From Nitrospirales bacterium (lineage in GTDB: Bacteria; Nitrospirota; Nitrospiria; Nitrospirales; UBA8639): a stretch of DNA of 64,000 bases. Below are positions 40,548 through 50,391 of this stretch, in pieces; the first letter of the stretch is position 1, and each line of letters opens with the position of its first letter. Below the pieces are notes generated by a model. That model was not told the origin of the DNA, searched no databases, and was given only the letters and a program-made list of their open reading frames with translations. The DNA is taken from NCBI GenBank assembly GCA_963422365.1, contig OY729426.1:1184001-1248000 (forward strand), read 5' to 3'. Position numbers and translations under genes: made by a program.

Positions 40548-41078
40548 ATGGCTGACAAGTATGATGCTCTATTTGGTTTTTACATCAAGTGATATGACGA
40601 TGAAATAGCCTGTTTTCGAGGATTGGATACGAAGATAGCGCGATATTTATCAGCGTACTCAATACTGATCGCCCTTACGGGGTTTGTTGGCTTTAATCTT
40701 CGGCTTCTTCTTGATGACTTGGGATTGAACCGTTGGGTTCTCGCCAATTCTATGTGTTTAGCATGTGTTTTTGTTGCTTATACTAGTGGCTTTTCCCACT
40801 TGATAAGTGCCCTCAAGCTGGAAAACGTGCAGCGATTTGCTTACGACGACTCAGTAATCGAATGCTTTTTTGAGCAGCAACCAATCAATATTACGTATGC
40901 GTTGGCACGTAGGGCAAAGGAGGCAATTGCGCACAATGTGTTACGTGGAAACCGCAAAAGGGAAAAGATAGCAAAGGCGATCAACGGGTCGTTTTCGCTG
41001 ACGACGATGGTATTCTTGGCGGCATGTGTGTTGCTTGCAATAGGCACTGTCCATTTTGCTTCGAATACCTGGTCATGA
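40548..41078 (+). pseudogene. Three-TM hypothetical protein with an in-frame TGA at codon 15
   Basis: AAGGA RBS and ATG 40548 are in frame with the 40623 ORF; TGA at 40590-40592 interrupts MADKYDALFGFYIK*YDDEIACFRGLDTK. Confidence 0.65.
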
Positions 41079-41253
41079 TGAAAAATGGAATAGGAGTACC
41101 CAATTTCCATTCCAGTGTTCATAGGTCAGCAGGCTGGTACCCTATGAAAAAAAAGCATGTGTGTCGACTATTCTCTTAGCTTAGTAATGTTTCTGGCAGG
41201 ACGTGTTTCCATATGTCGAGTTACCAACCCAACCAAAAGAGAGGTCCGTAACT

Positions 41254-41427
41254 ATGTCGGAAAACAATCAGGTTGACTCCTACGCACATCAACAACCGCA
41301 AGTTCAACCACAGACGTCAGAGCCGGCATCTCCAGATCCTGATGTACAGGCTCCTCAAAACGTATTGATTACAGAAGGCTACGAGCCGCCAACAGCAGCT
41401 CGCGTTTTCAAAAAAGACGTCTGGTAA
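41254..41427 (+). CDS. Small Gln/Pro-rich acidic peptide (57 aa)
   Basis: GAGAGG RBS; MSENNQVDSYAHQQPQVQPQTSEPASPDPDVQAPQNVLITEGYEPP... Confidence 0.5.
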   Translation: MSENNQVDSYAHQQPQVQPQTSEPASPDPDVQAPQNVLITEGYEPPTAARVFKKDVW

Positions 41428-41536
41428 GTCGCTGGCAGGGACGCAAGCTGCCGCATAGCTTTCCCCCCCCTCCCCCTTATAGGAGTTGTCACGTGCCTCA
41501 CCAGACATATCTGGTCGCCAAGTGTTTTTTCTCCTG

Positions 41537-41565
41537 TTGACTTGCTCGCTTCCCGTGCTTAGTCT
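41537..41565 (+). promoter_or_regulatory. Sigma70-like promoter
   Basis: TTGACT-17 nt-TAGTCT upstream of the CDP-alcohol phosphatidyltransferase. Confidence 0.4.
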
Positions 41566-41647
41566 TGCTTCAGAAGGGACGATACTCGTGACACCCAACC
41601 AAGGACCAGAGACGGACGTCGTGGCGACACGTTTTTCGATTAGCGGC

Positions 41648-42196
41648 GTGATTCCGCTCAATGTCCCCAATAGCCTCACCATTCTCCGGATTTTGTTAAT
41701 CCCGGTCATCGTGGGGTTTTTGGTCTATGAGCAGGTTGAGTATGCCCTGGTGACGTTGATCATTGCGGTACTGACCGATGCGCTCGATGGCACGATTGCT
41801 CGTCTGGCGAATCAGAAAACTCAATTTGGGGCCTACCTCGATCCGTTGGCGGATAAGTTGTTACTCATGGCGACGTTCGTGACGTTTTCCTTGTTGGAGA
41901 TGGTGCCGGCATGGAGTGTGATTCTTGTCGTGAGTCGCGATGCGATTTTACTCACCGGCACGTTGTTAGCCCATCTCGCCGATACGGCCATCGATGCCTC
42001 GCCCACGGCGTTAGGCAAGGCCACGACGCTGTTTCAAGTGAGCTATATTATTTTAGTGCTCGCCTGTATCTCCCAAGGGCTGGATCCTGTCTTGCTTTTT
42101 CCTCTGTTGTCGATGATGAGTTTGCTGACGGTCCTGTCCGGTCTGCATTACATCGTCCGCGGAGTCAGTCAGTTAAATATCTCTGAAGGTTCGTAA
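41648..42196 (+). CDS. CDP-alcohol phosphatidyltransferase, PgsA-like
   Basis: PNSLTILR and DALDGTIAR...G.YLDPLADK signature. Confidence 0.92.
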   Translation: MIPLNVPNSLTILRILLIPVIVGFLVYEQVEYALVTLIIAVLTDALDGTIARLANQKTQFGAYLDPLADKLLLMATFVTFSLLEMVPAWSVILVVSRDAILLTGTLLAHLADTAIDASPTALGKATTLFQVSYIILVLACISQGLDPVLLFPLLSMMSLLTVLSGLHYIVRGVSQLNISEGS

Positions 42197-42224
42197 GGGT
42201 TTTCATTGTTCGTGGTGAGGTTCT

Positions 42225-44048
42225 ATGCTGCACACCCGGCTGGGTCAATTACTTCTTGATGCCGGGTGTCTTACCTCTGTGCAATTGCATGAGGCGTTAG
42301 CTCGACAGCAGGAGACCCGCCAACCTCTCGGCCAAATCCTCATTGAGCAACAGGTCATTTCCGACGAAACGTTACTGAAGTTTCTGGGCCAGCAGTATGG
42401 ATTGGCCACGGCGTATCCTTTCCCTGCCGAGGTTGCCCCACGGCTTGCCAGCTATATCCCTCAAGCCTGGGCTCAGCAACATGTGGCCGTGCCGTTGAGC
42501 AAAGTCAGCCGGCGGCTGACGGTTGCCTTAGCTGATCCGGCCAATCTCCATGTGTTGGATGAGGTTCGCTTTCGGACCGGCTTGCAAGTGGTTCCGGTAA
42601 TTGCCCTGGAGTCTGATATTCGCGAACGTATTCACGCGTTATATCAGCGGCAAGATCACGGTCATCACCCTGGCTCATCCCTGGCTCTGAGCCAGGATGA
42701 CACAGATTCCGCACATGCCGGTGCCCCTCGTTCCTCATCTGCTGACGATGCTCCACACCATGCCCCCAGAGTCGATTCGATATTGCAGTCTGAAGAGATG
42801 ATCGCGTTGTTGGACAAGGCCTCGTCGAGCCTACAGTACGCACAGCCGGAAGCAGGGGCCGAGACGTTGATCGAAGAGGAGTCTCCCGTCGCGCAGTTGG
42901 TGCAGACGATTCTTGAGCGCGCGGCCGGCATGGGCGTGAGTGACGTGCATTTGGAACCCTATGAGAGTGCGGTGCGTGTGCGGTTTCGGCTGGATGGCGT
43001 GTTGCATACGACGATGACCTATTCTCTAGGATTGCGAAATGCTGTGATCTCTCGACTCAAAATTCTCTCACATTTGGATATTGCCGAACGCCGTCTTCCT
43101 CAGGATGGGCGCACGACGTTAGCGTTGGGATCAAAGCGGACTGTCGATATTCGCATTTCGGTTTTGCCTTCCCTTCATGGGGAGAAAGCCGTGCTTCGTT
43201 TACTGAACCGGGCGGGGCAACTGGTCGATCTGTCGGCCTTAGGGTTAGATGCGACTGACACCCAGACGCTTCTCACGGCGTTGGAACGTCCCCATGGGAT
43301 GCTCTTGGTGACTGGTCCAACGGGGAGTGGAAAGACCACGACGCTTTACTCTGCGCTGCAAGTGTTAAATACGCCGGATGTGAATATCGTCACGGTCGAA
43401 GACCCGGTGGAATATCATTTTACCGGCATCACGCAAGTCCAAGTTAAGGAAGAGATTGGTCTTGGCTTTGCCCATGTCTTGCGGGCCTTTCTGAGGCAGG
43501 ACCCGGATATTATGATGGTGGGTGAAATCCGAGATTTAGAAACCGCGCAAATTGCAATCCGGGCTGCACTGACTGGGCATCGGGTTCTGTCCACCTTGCA
43601 TACGCATGATGCGGTCCGGGCGGTGACGCGGTTGCTTGAGATGGGGGTCGCCCCCTTTATGGTGGCTTCGTCGGTGAGTGTGATCGTGGCGCAGCGGCTT
43701 GTTCGTCGAATCTGCCACGATTGTCAGCGGCCGGCTGACCGTTTTTCGATAGAACGCCTTTGTCAGTTAGGGTTCACCGAACTGGAGACGCTGACCGTGG
43801 CCCTGGTTCGAGGACAGGGCTGTGCGGCATGTCACGGGACAGGCTATAAAGGGCGTATTGGTCTTTTTGAGGTGTTGCCGGTGTCCGAGGGGTTTCGAGC
43901 CCGTATCCTTGACCAGGAAACGGCGGATCAACTCAAGCAGCAGGCATTGGCCGATGGTTTGAAAACTATTCGACGAAGCGGATTGGACAAAATCAAGCAG
44001 GGGCTCACTACTGTTGAAGAGGTGGTGAGTGTGTCCACTGAGGATTAA
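42225..44048 (+). CDS. pilB: Type IV pilus / T2SS assembly ATPase (PilB/GspE)
   Basis: MshEN-like RLGQLL, GPTGSGKTT, EDPVE, LRQDPD, CxxC zinc pairs. Confidence 0.9.
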   Translation: MLHTRLGQLLLDAGCLTSVQLHEALARQQETRQPLGQILIEQQVISDETLLKFLGQQYGLATAYPFPAEVAPRLASYIPQAWAQQHVAVPLSKVSRRLTVALADPANLHVLDEVRFRTGLQVVPVIALESDIRERIHALYQRQDHGHHPGSSLALSQDDTDSAHAGAPRSSSADDAPHHAPRVDSILQSEEMIALLDKASSSLQYAQPEAGAETLIEEESPVAQLVQTILERAAGMGVSDVHLEPYESAVRVRFRLDGVLHTTMTYSLGLRNAVISRLKILSHLDIAERRLPQDGRTTLALGSKRTVDIRISVLPSLHGEKAVLRLLNRAGQLVDLSALGLDATDTQTLLTALERPHGMLLVTGPTGSGKTTTLYSALQVLNTPDVNIVTVEDPVEYHFTGITQVQVKEEIGLGFAHVLRAFLRQDPDIMMVGEIRDLETAQIAIRAALTGHRVLSTLHTHDAVRAVTRLLEMGVAPFMVASSVSVIVAQRLVRRICHDCQRPADRFSIERLCQLGFTELETLTVALVRGQGCAACHGTGYKGRIGLFEVLPVSEGFRARILDQETADQLKQQALADGLKTIRRSGLDKIKQGLTTVEEVVSVSTED

Positions 44049-44217
44049 TCCCGTTTGCGAGAGGACAAGATGGTGGACGCTGCACCCCAATCCCGTTCGA
44101 ATGTCCAAACCTGGCCTTCGTTCCTGATGGAAAGCAGTGCCTCGGACTTACTTGCCAGTACCGGGAGCCCGGGTGGGGGAATTCGGTGGTTTCCGCAGTC
44201 TTGAGAAGCGCCTGATC

Positions 44218-45429
44218 ATGCCGACTTTTGTCTATCGTGTGAAAACCCGGCAGGGTGGGATCCAGCAGGGAAAATTAGAGGCCGTAGACCAAAGAGCCGC
44301 ACTGCGGGCTTTACGCCAACGCGATCTGTTTGTGACCCGCATCCGAGAAAAACCCGACTCCTCTGTTGAATGGTGGTCCTTCCCGGGAGCAGCCCGCGTC
44401 CCTCAAAAAGACTTAATGGTCTTTACCTATCAACTCGAAGCCTTGATCAAAGCCGGAGTGCCCCTGTCGCAGAGTCTCGGGATGCTGGCGACGCAAGCGT
44501 CGTCTTCGGCCTTTCAAGAGGTGATCCGTGTCGTGAAGCAGCAGGTGGAGTCGGGAGCGTCTCTGGCTGGTGCGCTTCAAGGGCACCCCACGGTTTTCAC
44601 GTCTTGGTATGTCAGTATGGTAGAAGCCGGCGAGGAAGGCGGAATATTGGATGAGACGTTCGGCCGGCTAGCCGAACATTTGGACAAAGTGTTGCGGCTC
44701 AGGCAACAGGTGAAGCTGGCGTTGGCCTATCCTATGCTCGTGGTGATCGTGGCTGCTCTTGTGCTCTGGGTGTTGCTCATTTGGGTGATTCCTATGTTCG
44801 CCACCATGTTTGCCGATTGGGGTGATGCGCTTCCTTGGCCGACGGCGTTCGTGTTAGAGGTAAGTCTCTGGCTCCAGAATCATTGGGTGGCGGTGCTCAT
44901 CGGAGTTGTCGGTATGGGCATAGGAGGACGCCTGTGGGCGAAGACTCAATCGGGGCAACGGATGATCGAGGATTTCATTTTGCGCGTCCCCTTGTTAGGG
45001 GAGCTGTGGCGAAACGTGGCCGTTGTTCATGTCGCGAGAACGGTGGGGGTCTTGCTGGGGAGCGGCGTACCGATTTTACGCAGTCTGGAGATCGCCCAAA
45101 AGGTGTCCGGGTTACGGCGGATGGAACAAGCGTTAGAGGAAGCGAGATCGAGTGTTCGCGAGGGGCATACCTTGGCTGACCCGCTGGAGCAGTCTGGGAT
45201 GTTTCCCCCCTTGGTGTTCAACATGGTTGGAGTCGGTGAGTCGACTGGAAGTCTCGATACAGCCTTAGAAAAAATAGCGGACCTCTACGAGCGTGAAGTG
45301 GATCGCGATGTCGCTACAGTCACCGCCGTCCTGGAGCCTCTTATCATCGTCGTGTTAGGCATAGGCATTGGGTTTATTGTCGTGGCTATGTATCTTCCCA
45401 TTTTCTCGATGCCCTCTGTGTTTGACTAA
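44218..45429 (+). CDS. pilC: Type IV pilus / T2SS platform protein (PilC/GspF)
   Basis: AGVPL, AGEEGG.L, AYP, VGESTGSL, LEP, MYLPIF. Confidence 0.9.
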   Translation: MPTFVYRVKTRQGGIQQGKLEAVDQRAALRALRQRDLFVTRIREKPDSSVEWWSFPGAARVPQKDLMVFTYQLEALIKAGVPLSQSLGMLATQASSSAFQEVIRVVKQQVESGASLAGALQGHPTVFTSWYVSMVEAGEEGGILDETFGRLAEHLDKVLRLRQQVKLALAYPMLVVIVAALVLWVLLIWVIPMFATMFADWGDALPWPTAFVLEVSLWLQNHWVAVLIGVVGMGIGGRLWAKTQSGQRMIEDFILRVPLLGELWRNVAVVHVARTVGVLLGSGVPILRSLEIAQKVSGLRRMEQALEEARSSVREGHTLADPLEQSGMFPPLVFNMVGVGESTGSLDTALEKIADLYEREVDRDVATVTAVLEPLIIVVLGIGIGFIVVAMYLPIFSMPSVFD

Positions 45430-45495
45430 TACCTCAAGGGGGCGGGCTCTTCCGCGTTGTTGCGAACGGGTAGGGCCGGTTGGTAAGAGTGCCTC

Positions 45496-46401
45496 ATGGG
45501 TAACGTGGATCGATCGCTTCTGTTGCATCCGCCGGCCAAGGTCAATCTTATTCTCAAAATTTTTGATCGACTGCCAAATGGGTATCATGCTCTGTGGTCG
45601 TTCATGCAAACGATTGGGGTGGCTGATGCATTAACGCTTCGGGTCACAGATGCGTTTGAAGGGATTCGTTTTGAATGTTCAGAGAGCTCTCTTTCGGTAC
45701 CTGCAGGCAACTTGGTATGTCGAGCTGCCGAAGTGGTGCTACGTCAGGCAGGTGTTTCCATGGGGGTCGCCTTGAAATTGACCAAGGGCATTCAGGTTGA
45801 GGCAGGTCTTGGTGGCGGCAGCAGTGATGCCGCGGCGACGATCATGGGCCTCAATCATCTGTTAGGCCTCGGCTGGACCAACGGCGATATGGCAACATTG
45901 GGTCAAACCTTGGGAAGTGATGTCCCCTTTTTTATTGAAGCGCCGACCGCCGTGGTTCATGGGTGGGGGCAATGGAGTATTCCGAAAACCCTTCAAGAGG
46001 TCCGGTGGATTGTGCTGGTGAATCCAGGGTTTTCAATCAAGACGGGTCAGGCGTATAGGCGCCTGGATGAGATGAGGCGGACGGTTTCGTTCTTGCCGGC
46101 ATCCTTGAAATCGTTTGAGCAAGCGGCATCTGTTTCCTGGCAGCAAATTTTGGCTTTGATGGAGAATGATTTTGAGACGGTCCTGTTCAGCGACTATCCC
46201 GTATTAGCCGACATAAAGAAGACCTTATTAGCGGTGGGAGCCGAGGGCGCTCTCTTGTCCGGCAGCGGAGCGACCCTGTTTGGCGTGTTTCGAGATCAAG
46301 CCAGTGCGACGCATGCCCAAGAGGTTCTCGCCGGGACTCCGGAGTATCAGGTTGCCATCGGCCCCTCTCTTCAACATGGCGTGTTGGAACAACCCTCGTA
46401 A
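45496..46401 (+). CDS. ispE: 4-diphosphocytidyl-2-C-methyl-D-erythritol kinase
   Basis: PAKVNL, AGLGGGSSDAA, GSDVPFF, LSGSG. Confidence 0.96.
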   Translation: MGNVDRSLLLHPPAKVNLILKIFDRLPNGYHALWSFMQTIGVADALTLRVTDAFEGIRFECSESSLSVPAGNLVCRAAEVVLRQAGVSMGVALKLTKGIQVEAGLGGGSSDAAATIMGLNHLLGLGWTNGDMATLGQTLGSDVPFFIEAPTAVVHGWGQWSIPKTLQEVRWIVLVNPGFSIKTGQAYRRLDEMRRTVSFLPASLKSFEQAASVSWQQILALMENDFETVLFSDYPVLADIKKTLLAVGAEGALLSGSGATLFGVFRDQASATHAQEVLAGTPEYQVAIGPSLQHGVLEQPS

Positions 46402-46500
46402 TCTTGTATCACGTCACCATCCCTTTTCGGGGGCGGGATATGCTGTATGGCACCTTTTTCCTCTTTCGCAGCTGTGTGGGATCTCATCCCGACTTCTTTT

Positions 46501-46612
46501 AGGCCGTATGAGATACGGCCCTACAGAACAAGAATATGAAAGGCGGTCCTGCAAAGACAGAGAGACGATTGTCACGGCGGGATGTCTGTTCGGAAACAGG
46601 GACAGGCCTTAT
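46501..46612. repeat. Two REP-like hairpin units in the ispE-prs spacer
   Basis: 46501-46524 reverse complement GTAGGGCCGTATCTCATACGGCCT; 46586-46612 CTGTTCGGAAACAGGGACAGGCCTTAT closely resembles the reverse complement of the 59198 element. Confidence 0.55.
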
Positions 46613-46734
46613 CCCATTTGAAAAATGAGTTCGACGGCGTTCGGTTGTTGACAACAATAGATGGATGGCCTAAATAGTGCTTCAGGATTTTCTCCCATCT
46701 TCTTTTTTTCACTTTGCACACGGGAAGAGTGCTC

Positions 46735-47676
46735 ATGGCTGATGAACTGAAGCTGTTTGCCGGAAATTCCAATCCTGTCCTTGTCAACGAGATTAGTGCC
46801 TATTTGGGAGTGCCGTTGTCTCAGGCGGTGGTCTCGACCTTTAGCGATGGCGAAATCCGCGTCAAAGTCGAAGAAAACGTACGGGGAGGGGACTTGTTTG
46901 TCATTCAGTCCTGTTGCCACCCGGTCAATGCCTCGATCATGGAACTGTTGATTATGTTGGATGCGCTAAAACGCTCATCCGCCTATCGGATTACAGCCGT
47001 GATTCCTTATTTTGGCTATGCACGACAAGATCGAAAAGATCAACCGCGGGTCCCGATCAGCGCCAAGCTGATGGCTGATTTGATTACCACGGCTGGGGCG
47101 CATCGGGTGTTGACCATGGATTTGCATGCCGGCCCTATTCAGGGATTTTTCAATATCCCGGTCGACCATTTATATGCCAGACCGGTGTTGTTAGATTACG
47201 TCAAAAAAAGTCAATTAAAAGATGTGGTCGTGGTCTCGCCTGATGCCGGCGGGGTCGACCGCGCACGGGCTTTTGCCAAACGGTTGGAAGTGAATCTGGC
47301 TATCGTTGATAAACGTCGGGAGGGGTCTAATCAGGCCCAAGTGATGAATATGATCGGAGACGTGAGTGATCGCCATGTTTTATTGCTGGATGACATGATT
47401 GATACAGCCGGAACGATTGTGGAAACCGCCAAAGCCTGTACTGAGAATGGGGCCTCCATGGTCTGGGCCGTGTGTACCCATCCTGTGCTTTCCGGTCCTG
47501 CGATCGAGCGGATTGAACAATCCCCTCTGGCTCAAGTGGTGGCCACGAATTCGATCGCCCTTCAGGGCAAAGACCAGTTAAGTTTAAAAATTCGAATCCT
47601 TTCGGTGGCCCCTCTTCTTGGAGAAGCCATCAAGCGAATCCACGAGGAGCAATCAGTCACCTCATTATTCGACTGA
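46735..47676 (+). CDS. prs: Ribose-phosphate pyrophosphokinase
   Basis: FSDGE, YARQDRK, DLHA, SPDAGG, DDMIDTAGT. Confidence 0.97.
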   Translation: MADELKLFAGNSNPVLVNEISAYLGVPLSQAVVSTFSDGEIRVKVEENVRGGDLFVIQSCCHPVNASIMELLIMLDALKRSSAYRITAVIPYFGYARQDRKDQPRVPISAKLMADLITTAGAHRVLTMDLHAGPIQGFFNIPVDHLYARPVLLDYVKKSQLKDVVVVSPDAGGVDRARAFAKRLEVNLAIVDKRREGSNQAQVMNMIGDVSDRHVLLLDDMIDTAGTIVETAKACTENGASMVWAVCTHPVLSGPAIERIEQSPLAQVVATNSIALQGKDQLSLKIRILSVAPLLGEAIKRIHEEQSVTSLFD

Positions 47677-47812
47677 TACCTTTTTATTTAGTGAAAAGAC
47701 CTGTAGAATAGCAGCTTGAAGCTGTCGATGAGCCACAGACAGCCACGGATATCGATGATTGGCGGTGAGCGGAGTGTGGGCTCTGAAGAGTGAACGGAGC
47801 AAATGAGGGAGC

Positions 47813-48508
47813 ATGATGCAGTTTGTTGCTGAAGCCAAAATTAGAACGAAATCAGGAAAAGGGGCGGCTCGTCAAATCCGGCGGACAGGGCAGGTCCCCG
47901 CTGTGCTGTACGGTCAAGGGACGGTCAGGTTGATCCAACTCGACCCCAAGGCGATTCAGACTATTTTAGTGGCCCAAGCCGGGGGTACGGGTCTCATCTC
48001 CTTGACGATTGACGGGGATGAGCCTGCGCAACAACGTACTGCCGTGATTCAAGACGTTCAACAGGATCCTATCGTGGGATCGATTGTGCATGTTGATTTC
48101 TTGGAAGTGTCGATGGATAAGCTGGTTCGGGTGAATGTGCCAGTCCATATCACAGGGGGTGTGCCTATTGGTGTCAAGCGTGATCAAGGGGTGGTGCATC
48201 AGCCGATGAGAGAATTGCATATCGAATGCTTGCCCAATGTTATTCCTGACCAAATCGACGTGGATGCGTCGGCATTGGAAATTAATCAAGGCATTCATGT
48301 CCGGGACCTTCAGGCTGGCGAAGGCATCAAGGTTCTTGACGATCCCGATGGGATGGTCGTCAATGTGGCCGTGCCTATTTCAGATGAGAAATTGTCCGCG
48401 ATGCTGACGTCAGAAGCTATGTCGGTCGCTGGATCTCCGGAAGCCGCGCGCGCTGCTGAAGAACCCGAGGCGCTTACTCCTGCCAACCCCAGTGAACCCA
48501 AAAAATAA
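47813..48508 (+). CDS. rplY: 50S ribosomal protein L25/Ctc
   Basis: GKGAARQIRR..VPAVLYG, HVDF, long Ctc form. Confidence 0.95.
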   Translation: MMQFVAEAKIRTKSGKGAARQIRRTGQVPAVLYGQGTVRLIQLDPKAIQTILVAQAGGTGLISLTIDGDEPAQQRTAVIQDVQQDPIVGSIVHVDFLEVSMDKLVRVNVPVHITGGVPIGVKRDQGVVHQPMRELHIECLPNVIPDQIDVDASALEINQGIHVRDLQAGEGIKVLDDPDGMVVNVAVPISDEKLSAMLTSEAMSVAGSPEAARAAEEPEALTPANPSEPKK

Positions 48509-48511
48509 CTC

Positions 48512-49081
48512 TTGCGTGTTATTGTCGGACTCGGGAATCCGGGCTTTGAATATGCCGCGACTCGTCATAACGTCGGCCAGAGGGTCGTGGCTCAAGCTGC
48601 GGCCCAGTGGGCTATCCCGTTACACCCGAATGGCTTAATGCAACAAGGAACCGGTCGAGTCCACGGTCACCCTGTTGCCCTCGCGCTTCCCGTGACGTTT
48701 ATGAACGTCTCCGGTGAAGCCGTGGAGGAATTCGTGACGGCGCATGACGTCCAGACGCAGGACTTGATCGTGGTCCATGATGATTTGGACTTGCCCGTCG
48801 GGCACCTTCGCATGAGGCCCGGAGGGGGAACGGGGGGGCATAAAGGCTTACGGTCAATCGTGATGGCCTTGGGTACCGAAGACTTCGCTCGGCTGAAAAT
48901 AGGCATAGGCCGGCCTGTACCGGATATGGATCCTGCCGATTTTGTGTTAGCCTCGTTGACGCCGGCAGAGTTGGAAGACCTGCAACCCATTATGACCCGG
49001 GCGGTTGAAGGGCTGGCCTATTTTGTGCTTCATGGTGTGCAAGAAGCGATGAATCACGTGAATCGCCGCATGCTGGCGTAA
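48512..49081 (+). CDS. pth: Peptidyl-tRNA hydrolase
   Basis: GLGNPG, TRHNVG, FMNVSG, HDDLD, RLKIGIGRP. Confidence 0.96.
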   Translation: MRVIVGLGNPGFEYAATRHNVGQRVVAQAAAQWAIPLHPNGLMQQGTGRVHGHPVALALPVTFMNVSGEAVEEFVTAHDVQTQDLIVVHDDLDLPVGHLRMRPGGGTGGHKGLRSIVMALGTEDFARLKIGIGRPVPDMDPADFVLASLTPAELEDLQPIMTRAVEGLAYFVLHGVQEAMNHVNRRMLA

Positions 49082-49197
49082 GTCATAAGATGGTGAGGGG
49101 AAAGCTTGGATCGGGCAACAGGCAAATCGCCAAGTCAAGTGCCAGGCAAAGTCAAGGGGTAACCTATTTCTCTGATGAAGACCTTCGAAGACGTAGT

Positions 49198-49304
49198 TTG
49201 ACAGTATATTTTACCCTATGGTAGTTTCGATCCCCTTGTCACGAATCCCGTGAAGAAGGATGATTGCCAGTCTGGATCTTTCAGAGAGAGGATAGGAGTG
49301 CGGC
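49198..49304 (+). promoter_or_regulatory. rpsF promoter and structured leader, possible S6:S18 autoregulatory leader
   Basis: TTGACA-18 nt-TAGTTT with TG extension; leader hairpins TCACG/CGTGA and TCTGGA/TTCAGA before the GGAG RBS. Confidence 0.35.
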
Positions 49305-49652
49305 ATGGCATTTTATGAATCAATTTTTATTCTTCGATCATCGTTGACGGATGAAGAAGCCACGGCGATTATCGAAAAGATGAGAAGTGTTTTAACAAAA
49401 CACGGGGCGACTATCGTGAAAGTCGATAATTGGGGGAAAAAAAAGCTCGCCTATGAAATTAAACACGACCGGCGCGGCACCTATATCTTGCTTCAATTTG
49501 AATCGGCGCAAGAGCATACGGTGAGTGAACTTGAACGGTTATACCGACTGGAAGACTCGGTCATGAAGTTCTTGACCGTGAGAGTGGAAGAAGAAGATCT
49601 CCAAGTGGCTGCGGCTGAAAAGGGAGAGGCCAAAGGTGGTGGGGTTCAATAA
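49305..49652 (+). CDS. rpsF: 30S ribosomal protein S6
   Basis: YESIFIL, WGKKKLAYEI. Confidence 0.96.
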   Translation: MAFYESIFILRSSLTDEEATAIIEKMRSVLTKHGATIVKVDNWGKKKLAYEIKHDRRGTYILLQFESAQEHTVSELERLYRLEDSVMKFLTVRVEEEDLQVAAAEKGEAKGGGVQ

Positions 49653-50046
49653 AATCGTTCTCATTGGGAATCTGACGCGAAACCCTGAGCTTCGGTACAC
49701 CCCCAGCGGCACTCCCGTTGCGAATTTCGGTTTGGCGGTGAATCGGCGGTTTCGCCAAGCCGATGATCAAAAAGAGGACGTGTGTTACGTTGATATCGTG
49801 GTATTTGGTAAGCAAGCCGAACATTGTGGCCAATACCTGAGTAAAGGTGATGGTGCCATTATCGATGGACGCCTCCAACAACGGCGGTGGGAAACGGAAG
49901 AAGGGCAACGCCGAAGCAAACATGAAGTGGTGGCGCAATCGGTCACTTTTCTCCCGAAAAGACAAAGCCATGGCGGTGAGTCTGAGTCTGGGGGGAGAGA
50001 AGAAGACCCGCACGACCCTTCATACGATTCAGAAGAGTATGTCTAA
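49636..50046 (+). CDS. ssb: Single-stranded DNA-binding protein
   Basis: [21 protein letters not shown]; acidic tail. Confidence 0.96.
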   Translation: MVGFNKIVLIGNLTRNPELRYTPSGTPVANFGLAVNRRFRQADDQKEDVCYVDIVVFGKQAEHCGQYLSKGDGAIIDGRLQQRRWETEEGQRRSKHEVVAQSVTFLPKRQSHGGESESGGREEDPHDPSYDSEEYV

Positions 50047-50072
50047 TTTTCGCACACGAGGAGAAGAGACAC

Positions 50073-50300
50073 GTGGAACGAGGGAGGCTTTTTCAGCGAC
50101 GTCGAGTTTGCCGGTTTTGTCACGAGACAACTCCTCTGGATTATAAAGATCTGAACTTGTTGCGTGGTTTTTTGACGGAACGAGGACGCATTATTCCGAG
50201 ACGGATATCGGGGAACTGTATACGGCACCAACGGAAGCTCACGATTGCGATCAAACGTGCCCGCAGTATTGCCCTGTTGGCCTTTGCCGAAGAGCGATAG
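50073..50300 (+). CDS. rpsR: 30S ribosomal protein S18, zinc-binding form
   Basis: [29 protein letters not shown]. Confidence 0.97.
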   Translation: MERGRLFQRRRVCRFCHETTPLDYKDLNLLRGFLTERGRIIPRRISGNCIRHQRKLTIAIKRARSIALLAFAEER

Positions 50301-50391
50301 GTGCGGTTGGACGGATTGTCCGAACCCGTCCTGGAAGTGTGCGATTTTGGTCTGTATCCCAGGGTCATGAGTCTCAGCGAGTCGAGGAAAC

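Noticed and set aside
40590..40592. Selenocysteine readthrough of the in-frame TGA
   Set aside because: No redox-motif context or convincing SECIS hairpin; a nonsense mutation in a decaying islet is simpler
45470..45497. Additional GTAGGGCC...GCCTCAT REP copy
   Set aside because: Not palindromic internally, overlaps the ispE start, and GTAGGGCC is the 3' arm of a different hairpin
46402..46734. tRNA-Gln often found between ispE and prs
   Set aside because: No cloverleaf or T-arm in a tRNA context; only REP-like hairpins
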